From Mytilus trossulus (Eukaryota): 64,000 bases of DNA. The stretch lies in the NCBI RefSeq assembly GCF_036588685.1, contig NC_086385.1, positions 55,017,216 through 55,081,215 of the forward strand, read 5' to 3'. A program made the position numbers and the translations under genes. This document shows, piece by piece, positions 12,411 to 25,695 of the stretch; the first letter of the stretch is position 1, and each line of letters opens with the position of its first letter. Below the pieces are notes generated by a model that saw only the letters and a list, made by a program, of their open reading frames with translations, searched no databases and was not told where the DNA came from.

Positions 12411-15400
12411 ATCGTCGATGTTGTTATTTACACAACAGATGGAACGACAATGGTATAGTATGCCATCTTGCATTTCTATACACATGTCCTTAATCAAGAA
12501 CTTTTGTTCAGTGGTTGTCGTTTGTTGCTCGGCATTATATGTATTTTTCGTTACTCATTTTTGAAATGGACGTTTTGAAATACCGTTACAAATGTAGTTG
12601 AATTGTTTTACAATCGTCATTTTAAGGTCCTTGATAGTTAACTTTGATGTTCGGATTAAATTAATGCTGTGCGTTGAAAGCCGTTCTTTGACCTGTAATT
12701 GTGAACTTTTTATAACTCCAGAGTTGGTCTTTGGCACACTTTCTTATAAAGAGGCAAACATGAAAGAGAAAAATAAACTACAAACTTTTTTAAAAAAGCT
12801 CTAAGCTGCGATGTAGAAACAAAACGTCTTGTTAGTTAGACTTGTCATTGTTTATCGTGGTCAATATTTATAATGCATCTCAGAGTGTGGAACCCTAAAA
12901 AAGTGCGGACACGGAAAATCTCGGTGCAGTAAAACTGAACTTGTTTCAATTTTTAAACAGTGCCAGACCTTAACAATTGTGTTGATTTTGGGGACAGAGG
13001 CCTTTAGAGTAAAAGTAAAGAAACCTATTATTTTAAAAGATTTACGTAATAAACAAAAATGTAATCAGAAAGTCTAAAAAAAGTTTAAACACAAATTATG
13101 TTTACAATTAAGAAATGGTCAATTAACACGGGTCACAATACTAGCGAGGATACCCAAATGTTTCTGGACAATACAGCGCATATATTGAAGTAATAATTTA
13201 CTTACGGATCGACAAAAAAGCGTTCGATAGGGTTGAATTGGTTGATTTTGTAAAGTAGATTAGGAGGGAGACTGACAGTGTGGATAAAAATGCTTATATA
13301 TAATGCTACAATTTTCTTCGTGTATACTAATGGATTTGTATTAAGATACTTTTCGAATAATCGCTCAGCTGAGCATGGACGGACAGTGGCGTCTCGTTTC
13401 TGAATCATACAAACTGACATGAATTTTAAATAAATTCTTTATAATTTCCAGGCGTGTGGGAACTTAATAGAAACAAAATGATATACATTTGTACAACATA
13501 TACAATGCATGTTTGCACCTGAAACCCAGGTTTCTAATAAGAACGAAAACTATTTAAAAACATTTATTCACGACTTTGTCCTGATTTGAAAATTAAACCA
13601 CGGGCACTAAAATACATTATGACAATGCAAAAAGCTTGGTTTTATGGGCTTCTATCAGAAAACGACATATAAATTTGATAAAACCAAAAACACTACAAAA
13701 AAGTTAAATTGTAAGGTGTGTGATATTATTATGAAATAGAAGATGGTATATGGACAAAAATAAGTAAAACAGGGAGAAAAGATATTCACATCTGCAACAA
13801 TAAGAGCTAAAATTAACAAGTAGCCCTTTATAGCTTGTTGTTCGGTGTGAGCCAAGGCTCCGTGTTGAAGGCCGTACTTTAACCTATAATGGTTTAATTT
13901 TTAAATTGTTATTTGGATGAAGAGTTGTCTCATTTGCACTCACCCCACATCTTCCTATATCTAAGTAGAACACTTTCAGTTAAAATCTAAGACTATCCCT
14001 CTGTTCTCACAAGAATGATATACAAGGACTTTTGAATAAATAATGAGGAGCTAAACAATGTAACAGTCAGAATTATGTAAAAACAGTAAAAGAAAAACAA
14101 ATCTTTTAAACAATATAAAACGACTTTATGTGAACAACAGGGTCTTGACTGCAAAATGAAAAGTAATCCAAAGATAATAACAACAACAAAAACCACCATG
14201 TCAAGTTTGATATACTTTCCCTTATGTAACACCTCGGTTTTTGTGGGGTTCGTGTTACTCGGTCTCTACTTTCACGTTTTCTTTACATCATAATTTGTCT
14301 TTTGTGTGTTTGGAGTTTTTTTAGGCATGATGGTGTCAGTAAATTATCAACTTATATGAGAATAAATGTCCTTTAAAATATTTTTATAGGAATAACATAA
14401 CATATGTATTTTTAAAAATAAGTGGATTGTTTTTATTGTTTTTTTTAATTTCCCATAGAATCAAACTTAAATTTATCCTTCCTTTTTTAAACATTTTTTT
14501 TTATCAAACAGTTTATATCAATTATGAGATGATCTCGTACAACACATGCATGAAAGTTGTTTAACCATGTGTACAAGATTTCTCGTTATTTTCTTGTTTC
14601 TGGTATGTAATTGACCAGCTTCATCCTTGAACTTTTCCTCGTGAAAATTGTTTGTCGATAGAAGTAATCAATTGTAATACAAATATAATTCAGTTTTAAA
14701 GAGCAATGCATATAATTTTTTAAATATTGTAAAATCAAAAGTTAAATGCCATTTTGATCTTTCAATAATTTCACAGCTACCTTACTAAACTTTCTGTTAG
14801 ACGTCATCAGGTGCATCCAAAATAACACCATAATTCAATAATAAATGTCAAAGTATATTGTTAGTTTACTTACTTTGGTTCTCAACTGGGTACCGATTGG
14901 TAGACCATCCATAGAATACGGTAAACAATCGTTAACGCCGCGTACACCAGTCATTGGACGAATAAATATAGGCTGATATGGAAAAGGCCATGTATTAATT
15001 ACTTTATCATATACTTCCGACAATAGTTTTATGTAAGGCAAATAAACAAATGCAACAACTAAAACAGTCAAAAACTTTAAAAAGAAGTTAAGTTATGAAT
15101 CAAATATACTATAATTGTCCGACAACATCATCACTACCTCCATATATGTTTGGTAATATTTCCTATAGAGCAGGAACATATATACTGTTTCCAGTATAGA
15201 GGCATTTTGAAACATTGCAAATTTGGAAGAGTTTTATGATCATTATTACTCCAGGTTTGTTGTACTATAAAATTATTCATAATTACCAATGGCATCTGTC
15301 GGCAAGTACTTAACTATCCCCACAAAAGTTCACGTCGTCATAAAAAATATCTGACGTTACAATGGAAAAGTAAACAACCGATACCGGAAACACCGGAAGT

Positions 15401-15571
15401 AACTTGCGCGAGAAGCACTGTTATGGGTTTTTGCACAAGACGCCCCTGATATGGGTTATCAGACCGGGCTGAATATGGGTTATTAGCCTGGGTGGGAAAT
15501 TATGGCTTGTGTACTTCCGTTCGTTACACATATGCAAAAGCTATCATATACATGCTAAGTATATGATAAAT

Positions 15572-15965
15572 AATAATTACCCTTGCAAAGTATTGCATTA
15601 TATTACAATAACTCTTGCAAAGTAATGCATTATATTACAATAACTCTTGTAAAGTAATGCATTATATAACAATAACTCTTGCAAAGTAATGCATTATATT
15701 ACAATAACTCTTGCAAAGTAATGCATTATATTACAATACCTCTTGCAAAGTAATGCATTATATTACAATAACTCTTGCAAAGTAATGCATTATATGACAA
15801 TAACTCGTGCAAAGTAATGCATTATCTTAGTATAACTCTTGCAAAGTAATGCATTATATTATAATAAGTCTTGCAAAGTAATGCATTATATTACAATAAC
15901 TCTTACAAAGAAATGCATTATATTACAATAACTCTTGCAGCGGAATGCATTGAATTGCATATTAC
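15572..15965. repeat. 32-bp minisatellite (ctcttgcaaagtaatgcattatattacaataa), about 12 copies
   Basis: Direct tandem repeats with period 32. Confidence 0.95.
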
Positions 15966-16199
15966 ATTTGTAAATGTTAAAATTAAGTTTAAAAAAAAAT
16001 GAAAATAATATGAAATAACAAAAAATTCTAGCATGTGCATTAATGTTCCGTATACATATTGAATTTACGTATCAAGTTAAAAGTTCATTCAAATCAACAC
16101 TTTGACGTTTTAAGATCATAAGAGATTCAACGTATACTCTCTGTGTCTTTCTCTAAAACGAAATTACAAAGTTGAATTTTAAAATTTATTTTAACTTAT

Positions 16200-16420
16200 G
16201 GAATCAAACTTTGTATTTGCGTCAGATGCACGTTTCGTCCACAAAAAGACTATTCAATAACGCTTGCATGAAAACAGTTATAATGGCCACAATAAGTACA
16301 AAGAGGAATACCATTGAGAACCACTAGTTCCGAAAAATGTTTGCAAAATACAGTTAAGTTAATCTATTCCTGGGGTAGAAAAGCCTTAGTCTTTCAAAAA
16401 GTCAAACGTAATTTATAAAA
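16200..16420 (-). mobile_element. Degenerate retrozyme fragment
   Basis: GAAAC and stem II are recognisable, the CTGATGA box is mutated, and the flanks match 884-1125. Confidence 0.65.
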
Positions 16421-16679
16421 AAAAAAATTCAATAATGCGATATCGACAGTTCGATTAAATTTACTATGAGTTTAACATAAACAATTTGCAAACTTATTTT
16501 TTAGCACCGGAATGTCCATAAATAGAGGGAACTATGATATCTGATTTCAAAATCAACTTTTAACCTCATATATATTGTAACCTTAATTCTACATAAATTG
16601 AACGTCTATTTCAGATTATTTTCTCTCGGACAATCATAACATCATTAAAACATATTTGTTGTTTAACAGTAAAATATAT

Positions 16680-16718
16680 CAACAAAAAGTCAACTGAGAT
16701 GTAAGTATTCAATTTATT
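16680..16718 (-). terminator. Poly(A) signal, copy 2
   Basis: AATAAA at 16713-16718 within the conserved 3'-end block. Confidence 0.65.
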
Positions 16719-16800
16719 GTAGTATAACAAGTTGAACAAATTATATATATAATATTATATCACAGTGCATTCATAACTACTGTCAGTACATCAAAGCACA

Positions 16801-16932
16801 TTTTAGTTTTCTATGTTGTGTCATGTGTACTATTGTTTTTCTGTTTGTCTTTTTCAGTTTTAGCCATGGCGTTGTCAGTTTGTTTTTGATTTATGAGTTT
16901 GACTGTCCATTTGGTATCTTTCGTCCCTCGTT
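16801..16932 (+). mobile_element. 3'-terminal fragment of the Naiad-type element, in the 3' UTR of gene copy 2
   Basis: Matches ~63438-63570 and is absent from copies 1, 3 and 4. Confidence 0.85.
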
Positions 16933-17126
16933 TATAGGCATCATCTGCTTATTATGAAACCGAACTTTAGATCACTGTTGTATCGATTAACTGAGGTCAT
17001 TGTACTAAACAACGAATGCAGGCTTCCATCTTTTCAAGGTAACATTTAGAAGATGATGATTCTTTATGTTCTTCTTATTAAAGAATAATGAATACACAAC
17101 GTTAGAGGTAAAACGCCATCAGGTCT

Positions 17127-17318
17127 TCAACTGACTGTGTTCAATCCTAATATACTACATGAACTTCTTATCTGCTTAGGAATATTTTTTTCCTCCTGGT
17201 CCATATCAATAATCGTGTTCCGTCCATCTGAACCAATTGTAAACATCATATTGCAAGTTCCTTTTGATTCTCGAAGTCCAGAAATCAGATTTGAAGTAGC
17301 TGGTAATACTAGAGACAT
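17127..17318 (-). CDS. Small intronless ORF family, copy 2 (63 aa, MSLVLPATSNLISGLRESKGTCNMMFTIG...)
   Basis: Ungapped paralogue of copy 1. TATATAAAAG lies upstream (~17456-17465) and AATAAA at 16713-16718. Confidence 0.75.
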   Translation of the reverse strand: MSLVLPATSNLISGLRESKGTCNMMFTIGSDGRNTIIDMDQEEKNIPKQIRSSCSILGLNTVS

Positions 17319-17455
17319 CTTTTCCCGTTTTAAACTGATATGTATTTGTTGTTGCAAATCCTGGTAATGTTTTGAAATAACATTCAAATAACTTTCTATC
17401 TGTTCCCGTAACGTACTTCACAGATCTAATATTTAACACTTCTGTTCTATATTCA

Positions 17456-17498
17456 CTTTTATATAAAGTTAATAGGCGTGGTGCTAAACAGGCGTGAC
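17456..17498 (-). promoter_or_regulatory. Putative core promoter of copy 2
   Basis: Boxes at 17474-17482 and 17490-17498 (16-bp period), followed on the minus strand by TATATAAAAG. Confidence 0.7.
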
Positions 17499-18885
17499 TT
17501 TACTATTAAGTTGAAAATGTCAACTACATCAATAAATGATTCCAAATGTTTAATAGCAAAATGTCATGATATTGGGAAGAGTCTGTGTATATAAATGTCA
17601 ATAATAATTTATCTTCTTGGCAATGTATTCAACAATTTAAGTTTTCTCTATCGATTGGTGGATTTCGAACAGCGGTCTTCTACTGTTGCCTTTAACTTTA
17701 CATCAACATACATGTATTTGTCAACATATTTCCTTTGTTTCGAATAAAATGTCCCTTATCGTTTCGTTTTATTTTTTCTCTATGAGTTTATTACAAGGTG
17801 TGCCTATGTCTGTTTCAGGGTTTAAAAGAATTGGGATGCATACAGTACTATTGGTACCATATGTCGAAGCTACGGTCTCGAATCTGTTGCAAGAACATGT
17901 GATTCCTTTTTTTTATTGTTGTGTTTTTTTTGTGGGTTTTTTTTTTGTGCTTTGAATTTTATTTATCGATTGCATTGATAAAATTTGCACATCGATTAAA
18001 TACTGTTGCCTGTATTAAAAAGACCTGTTTGTTTTTAATTATATCTTAAAATAGTCATCAAATATGTGAATAGAAAAAAAGAAATGGTATTGTTTTTTTG
18101 TTTTTTTTATTTCATTATGCAATTAATATAATAGATTTTCTTTTTTAATTGTTCCTTGGTATTTTTTGTGGTTTTTATATTTTGCATGGATTTTTTTAAT
18201 CCAAACAATGGAATTTTCTTTCAGAAACTCCAGGACTCCTTTCATGTGTATCACGCATAAATATATCACAATGAAATCATAACAGTTGTTATCTAGTAGT
18301 TCAAAATAGTTTTCCTTTTATAGTTGATTTGTTTCCCTCGGTTTTAGTTTGTAAACCGGATAGTTTTTCTCTCAATGGATTTATTACTTTTGAACAGCGG
18401 AACTCCGTGATTTAACAACACGTAAATCAAGGAAGTATTCAAACCTCTACAAATGCAAGTTGAAATGCGTAAAATAGTACAACAGTACTCAAAATATGAC
18501 ATTAAATAAAAAAAATGCTAAATTCATCTGAGGTAAATTTTGCCTATAGAGAGTTAGAACCTTTGTTTCACTTTAATCTATGAATAGAAAAGATTGAATA
18601 AGAAAAGGATTGTCATAGGACTGCCATACAACAATCATTAATGGCTTTATCAGGGAGGAAACGGTTCAATCGGTTTATTATTCCATTGACAAATATAAAA
18701 CTCGTGATCGAACAACACTAATTGTCATGCTGTTTGGTCTCCCTTTAAGTTTTTTTCTTTCAAAATTTTAAACTTTTGGATTATTTATTCTCTCAATGTG
18801 AACGGAGCAGCATTCTAGCGGCGCCTACATACGAATTAAATATCTCCCAATTGATGCGATATTCCAAGTCTTGTATTTTCTATCA

Positions 18886-20037
18886 GAAAAGGAGGGACGA
18901 AATATACCAAAGGGACAGTCAAACTCGTAAATCTAAAACAAACTGACAACGCCATGGCTAAAAATGAAAAAGACAAACAGAAAAACAATAGTACACATGA
19001 CACAACATAGAAAACTAAAGAATAAACAACACGAACCCCACCAAAAACTAGGGGTGATCTCATGAAAGGGAAGGGATTGTAGTTACGACGTAAGGAACAT
19101 ATCCAATATCATTTGTGAAACGGTTATTCCATAACGGTCAACCAACTCGTGATGGCGTCCGTAAAATTTACGAAGGGATGATTTCAACTTCACCATTTGG
19201 AACTCTTGGTTTAAAAGCTTCCTTGTGAGCAGTAACCACTTATCAAGACAATCATGACAGGAATGCAAGCACGGGAATATCGTATCAATTGGGAGATATA
19301 TACCCCGTATGCAGGTGCTGCTGGAATGTTGCTACTTAGAAATGGAAAGTTCAGAATTGGAAAGCTGAAATCATCTCTTTTGTCGAAAAGTTTTGTCTTC
19401 AACCGACCTTCATTGTCAATTTCTAGATGTAAGTCAAGATATGAAGCCGACTTAACTGTATCTGTAGTATCCTTTATCTCCAATTCGATGGGATAGATGC
19501 GATCCACATAGTCACCAAATTTTGAATTGTTTAGTGAAAGAACGTTAAATAGCGGAAAGTAGAGTTAAAGGATATTGCTAACTTCTTATCTTTCTTCCTA
19601 AGAAGTTCCTGCATGAAGTCAGCCTCATAATAATAAAGAAACAAGTCAGCAAGTAGAGGGGCACAGTTTGTTCCCATTGGGATGCCGACAGTCTGTTGAA
19701 AAACACGTCCTCCGAACGTAACAAATATGTTGTCAATCAAAAAATCAAGCCTCTTGATAATATCGGTTTCAGAGAATTTTTTGTTTGAATCAGAATGATT
19801 CTTTACAAAGTAGGATGTATCCCTCCTTAAGACAAGATACTTGTATCTACGTTGGCCATTCTTTTTTATAAAGCAAAGTAATACCAACTCTTTTAATTTG
19901 TCTTTTAGTTTGGAATGTGGAATACTTGTGTAAAGAGTAGAAAAGTCAAATGTTTTAATACTGTTCCAAGATGAAAGAGAGTTAGATTGTATGTACTCTA
20001 AAAGATCTTTGGAATTTTTAAGTATCCACATCTGATT
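18886..20037 (-). mobile_element. 5'-truncated Penelope-like (Naiad-type) element, same family, frameshifted at YIDD
   Basis: Near-identical to 62497-63575, with an internal 3' UTR deletion. It is nested in an older + strand copy (~18805-18885, ~20033-20150). Confidence 0.9.
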
Positions 20038-21754
20038 TTCATCACAAGGAAGCTAATACATCTATAGTAACTGGTTAATTTGAAAGAATCCCTTTGTTAA
20101 TGTTAAGGACGCCATCAAAAGTAAGTTGACTGCTATGGCGTTGACGACTTGTCTTCCTTGCATCTTTTGCCTCATTTAGTAAACATGATTGGATAAATTA
20201 CACACAGTTGTGATGTATGGTAATTTTTTCTCGTTTTTTATATAGATAAGACCGTTGGTTTTCCCGTTTGAATGGTTTTACACCAGTAATTTTGGAGCCC
20301 TTTATAGCTTATTGTTCTGTGTGAGCCAAGGCTCCGTGTTGAAGGCCGTACATTGACCTATAATGGTTTACTTTTTTGAATTGTTATTTGGATAGAGAGT
20401 TGTCTCATTGGCACTCACACCACATCTTCCTATATCTTTTGAAATTATTAACATTCCCTATCAAATGTTTAGTATTACATGATATAAAATCAAATAAATA
20501 CATGGGTACTAACGTAACCATTAAACTTTGTTGTCATTTTTTTTAACCATTCAAACATTTTCTTGTTGAATATCATGTTGTCCTTGATCCTTTAAAATTC
20601 GGTCATGTAGTTGAGTTTATTAACTTAGCTTTATAATTTCATTGATGAAAACCTACATATTCACGCACACAAAACTCACACACAAAAAATTCGCACACTA
20701 AAAATTCACACAAAAAATTCACACAAAAAATTCACACACAAAAAAATCACACAAGCAAAGAAATATAACAGTCACCAACAACAAAAGTTCAGTTGACAGT
20801 ACAGTAAAGTAAAACATTATGACATATACACTGGTGCAAAATCATTCTACCCTACACTTGGCGCAGTAGATAACTCTGCTTTATCTGACTGCACAGCTTT
20901 ATACGACAGCAGTGGTCGAACCATGAAGAGATTAGCAAATTTTAATATATATCACAGTGATATATCCATAAACGAAGACACACACTATCAAAAAACGACC
21001 ATGATATTAACATGGTAAGGTTAACTCGAGGTAAAACAACCAAATATAAAAACAGTTCTGTGGATTTGTAGAACTTTAATTTTGAATTTAGAACCTGCGA
21101 GGTAAATTTAAACACGGTTTACTATTTCTTGAAGTGAATGTGTAGATCAACAATGTCAACAGTGTATCGGAAACATATTGTTTAAGTATTAGTATGAAGT
21201 AATTTGATTACAATGTTATAACTGGACAGATGTAAAATGTCATAAGAATCTGACTATTTGTTTGTATAGCTTTTTAAATTGGTGTGCGTATAATTGTGCC
21301 TATAATGCTCCTTTTTGTACTTAAAAAATGTAACTTTAACTCTGGAAAGATCGGGAGTTCCGTGTTGATCTGTATTTTCTTCTTTTTTTTTTTTTTTTTG
21401 CTTTTTAAATTTTTATTTGAAAGTTACTGATAAATCTGTTAACTCACGTTTGTCGCAGAAAATGTAAACCTGGTTACTTAAGATTGGTTTGTTTACAAAA
21501 TCGGGTTGATACCTTACCTTTGATGTTGGAAATTTCTGTCTTTGGTTATCTCTAGCAAAGGAGCCACTACTGTTGTTTTTTTTAAATAAGGCAAACATTT
21601 CAGAATATGATTTCTGTAAAAGAACTGTTTCAATTGAAGACATTCTACACAAACAAATATAAATTGTCATTACCTCATCACCTGCACTCAATTAAAAACT
21701 GCTCTAAATTTGTCATTTTCTCGTATGTTGAATGTACGTTCCCTTATATATTCA

Positions 21755-21948
21755 TATATATATATATATATACATTTATATATACAACTCGTCTAAACAT
21801 CACCGGAACAATGTTAGATCTGTAAATTTGCTTCCGCAAAGTTTTTGGTTCTTTCCTCGCCGGGATTCGAACCCATGCTACTGTGATATCGTGACACCAA
21901 ATCGTCTGCACTACAGCCGTCCCGCTAGACCACACGACCACCTGGACT
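21755..21948 (-). mobile_element. tRNA-derived SINE with (TA)n tail
   Basis: A box TGGTCGTGTGG and B box GGTTCGAATCC, then a short body and (TA)n. Confidence 0.7.
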
Positions 21949-22331
21949 AAAAATAGCAACAATCAACATTCAATCTATCTAGGTGTGGGTCAGTTTGTAA
22001 ATAAACTGATGCAGTTACTAAATTAAATTATATAAGTGTCTAAGAATGTAACTTTAACACACTAATGAGTGTTATAAAATTAGGTGTTATATTTTATATA
22101 TTATTCACGCAATATTTCGCTAAACAAATAAGCTTCATCGGGCGTGTGCATCTATCTAGGTGAAATCGGATGAATGACAAGAAATATCTTTGTAGCTTGG
22201 GCTACGCAAAAGTTTAACATAATGATTGATGGTCTGTCTAAAACAAATATTTGCCGTTTACTGTACATAAACATTTTTTTTTAAATTAAAACAAATAGTT
22301 GTTTAAGTTGAATAGAATTAAAATTCATGAT

Positions 22332-22961
22332 TTATTCCTTTGGTTTCGGGTAGAACTGTTTTTCATCCCTCTCATTAAGTCTATCAGGTTCAAGAGTACG
22401 TAGCTGATGCATCCAGAACCTTTCTCTCTGTTTTCTCATTTCGGAGTCCCAATTTTGGTTTACCTCAATTATTTGAAAGGTGATATAAGGATGTTGCTTA
22501 ATTGGAGAAGCATCTCCTACATCAACATCATGAAAAACAGCAGTGGTTTTGTTTGGCACATCTGGAAAAAGATTTTTAAAAGAAAATACCAAAGTTTTTA
22601 TTTCTTCTCTACGATCAAAAGACAGATGTGCAAGTTTTGAATCTAAATTTGACAAAATTTCTTCATTAAAAGTATGTCCTGTTTTTAAGAGGTGTCTCTT
22701 AATTGGACAGTTTCTTTCTTTTGTATAGAACGACCGGTGCTTGTTTAGTCTGATGTTGAATTTAGTTTCTGTTTCACCAACAGACTGCAGCTTGCAAGTT
22801 CCACAAGTAAGAATATAAATACTATTTTCCGTTTTGCAATTAGATGTAACATAGATGTTGTATCGCTGCTTTGTTACTGTGCTGCTGAAAGAGTGGTCAG
22901 TGTTGGCGGCTTTACAGCACTTACAGTTGCTTCTACCGCAGTGTTTGTAACACCCAAATTT
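22332..22961 (-). mobile_element. Penelope-type GIY-YIG endonuclease ORF fragment carrying an in-frame Gypsy pol segment
   Basis: 209 open codons: a Cys-rich linker CGRSNCKCC, then SIYILTCGTCKLQSVGET..FNIRLNKH, then Gypsy-like FPDVPNKT..HDVDVGDASPIKQHPY, then IIE..RKQRERFWMHQLRTLEPDRLN. It abuts a (TA)n tract. Confidence 0.8.
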
Positions 22962-23584
22962 CTATATATATATATATATATATATTAAACTGAGGATAAA
23001 GGAAACAACATATACAGTAAAGCCTTCCTGATATTTTACTTACATCTAAGACACGTACAGTAAGGTTCAGTAAACCTTACAACAAAAGATTCCTACATTT
23101 AAACTTTCCAATTTCTATGTAGAAACACTCCAGCCGAAATATTCATCGAAAGAGGGTTGTTACTCATAAGGAACATATTAAACCAAGAGTTTCAAATGTT
23201 GAAGTTAAACTTTTACAAACGCCATCATGAGTTGGTTGACCGTTATGGATGACGAAAGAAATGTTTCAACTGTCAAGACTACACTTACGGCCTTCGAAAG
23301 GTACGTACCAAGTTACCGAATAAGTATTAACATAAGCAATACGACAGGTGTCGCATGTGAGGATTGATTCCCTTTCCAATCTTCAGGACCTAATGGTTAA
23401 ATTCGATTTTTGAATGGGGTTCTTCTTGCTCAATCTTTTGTTGTTTGTATTGTTGTTTGTCTTTTTCGTCCTAGCAATGTTGTTATGGATATCCCTTTAC
23501 TATTTTTTTGTCTCTCGTTTGAATTTGCTCTGGCTCGTAAATGTGCATCACGCTCATTGTTTTAACCATGTAACAAATACATGA

Positions 23585-25590
23585 CGTGTCTTCATAAGGA
23601 TTATACCTTTATCATGAATACCTTATATTCATTTTATATCATGCAACATACACCCTCAAACTAGTCGATTTAGTACCACGTTGCTGTATGTCGCATGGTT
23701 CCTTTTCTTCAATAAACACATTATTTATCTTCGTTTGTGCTTATTTCGCACCGTCTTCAAAGAATTTGACACTTTTTTTTTATCAGTTGTTTGTCGATCA
23801 AATTTATAAATGCCTGCAAATATATAACTCACATTTAAAGTGCAGTAAATATCATTTTTGACATCCGACAGACATGCATTTTTTATACAAACACACTAAA
23901 CAAAAGTGAAATATTCCACAGTTAATTTAGATACATTTATTGAAAGACGTATTTGACGCTTTTTAAAAAACCTCACAACAAAATAAAAATGTCATAATGT
24001 ATTTTTTTTTTTTTTTTTTTTTTTAAATATAAAACATATTTTATTAACAATCGCCTGTTACATCAACCCTCAGTTGCTCAGGGGAGCAACTAAGGGGCCC
24101 CCAATTGTTACAGTCTCATTTGTCGGTGAAAAATCAAATGAGAAAAAAAACTCCCACTATAAATTATTAACATCAACCTTTAAAAATATTATCTGTCCTT
24201 GTACAAATGTACATGTACCTGCAATCATTATCGATCTATATATCTTTACCTCTCACCATATATAAAAATTTTTAAATAAAGTATGTTTTGTATCTTTATT
24301 TATTTCTCACAAAAGCTACCTGTATTTATTTAGCAGTTTCAAAGTAACCGTACATCAAGTCTTTTGTTATGTTAATTTCAATTACATTTAAATTCTGGTC
24401 ATGTGATCATTTACCACGTGCGATTTGTTAAAGGGATGTGTTACCGTAGTTCATTCATAAAAAAAAGGGATTATTTAATGATTTTTGATTTCCAAAAAGG
24501 TTTTATTTCAAAGATATGGTGAGTAAATATTTGTTTATAAAATTAACCTGTTGATACAACATGTCTTGTTACAATTAGATGGTACACCTGAATTACATAC
24601 ACAATAGAAATTACATGTAGGGAGCTGAGAGCAGTATACAACATATTATTATTCAATCAGTATCAAAGAGGTCATTGCACTGACCTGACCACACAAAATG
24701 TATATTTATATACACAAAATGTCACACATGATAGAAAAGGCTTCGTTTTTTGTATTCGGTTTAAAATATTTGAGCAAAAATTGCATTTCTTGTTTTATCA
24801 TATTTAAAATCAACGATTTACTTATCCCTTTATTTTGATATTTTGCGATATTTCTAGTTTTCCAGATAACCCATTTCGTGATTAGAAGTACCGTATCTAA
24901 AATTTGGGTATAAGATGCATCTGCATTAATGACCCCAAATATTATACTTGTTTCCGATTTTTGTAATTTTTCGATAGTTAATTGTGAACAAAATTCCCAT
25001 ATTTTCTCAAAAATTTCCCGCCAAACGTCTTCCACCAGTTTACAATAAATAAAAAGATGAAAAAGTGATTCGTTTTCATTGCAAAAGTGACACTTCCCGT
25101 TTGAGCGATTCATTTTTTGTAATTTTTCTTCAGTGTAAATTATATTATGTAGTAACTTCCATTGAAGTTGTTTAGTTTTCCTATTAGCTAAATTCTTATT
25201 CAAGGTTATCCATGGTAGCTCATTCCAAAAATGTAAATTCCACTTAAACTGGCTTTTAGGAGCTGTTTTATTCTCATAGAAGAATCTAATATCTTTAAGG
25301 CATAATTTGTTGGCATCAACGACAACTCCATTTTTTATAAATTGACAAGAATTCATTATTTTTATAGGTCTATTAGAGTGACTTTGCATGCTAGAGTCTG
25401 TTTTTAAAACGTCAATTTGTTTATGTGTTAGCGAAGATTTAATGCGGCTATATTGTGCAATCCAATTCCTTTTATCTTTAAGACGGTTAAAAATATCAAA
25501 AGAAGTTTTAAAGGATTTATTGTCTAAGTCCCGTATATCTTTAATTTTTTTTTTTAATTTTTTTTTTTTTTTATTTTTACATTATTTTTA

Positions 25591-25626
<36 letters not shown>

Positions 25627-25695
25627 CATAATGTATTTTTATTATTACCGACTTTGTTTTCCTTAAAGATTCTTTTCAAGCAGAAAGTCTTGGAT
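23585..25695. promoter_or_regulatory. CNE copy 2, split by an L1/Tx1 insertion (24002-25626)
   Basis: Homology to CNE1 on both sides of the insertion. AGACGTattTGACGC lies at ~23945-23959. Confidence 0.5.
24002..25626 (-). mobile_element. 5'-truncated L1/Tx1-like LINE (C-terminal zinc-finger region, 3' UTR, poly(A))
   Basis: ORF 24706-25389 with QWKLLH..CHFC..ESLFHLFIYC..W; poly-T at 24002-24024; TSD tcataatgtattttt on both sides. Confidence 0.85.

Noticed and set aside
17127-17318. Similarity to Reaper-type IAP antagonists (size, intronless cluster, LRES)
   Set aside because: The N-terminus S(L/V)VL is a poor IAP-binding motif, and the four-residue match is in one copy only.
21855-21948. 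tRNA gene (also ~8810-8885)
   Set aside because: A/B boxes are present but there is no proper cloverleaf, and each continues into a SINE body.
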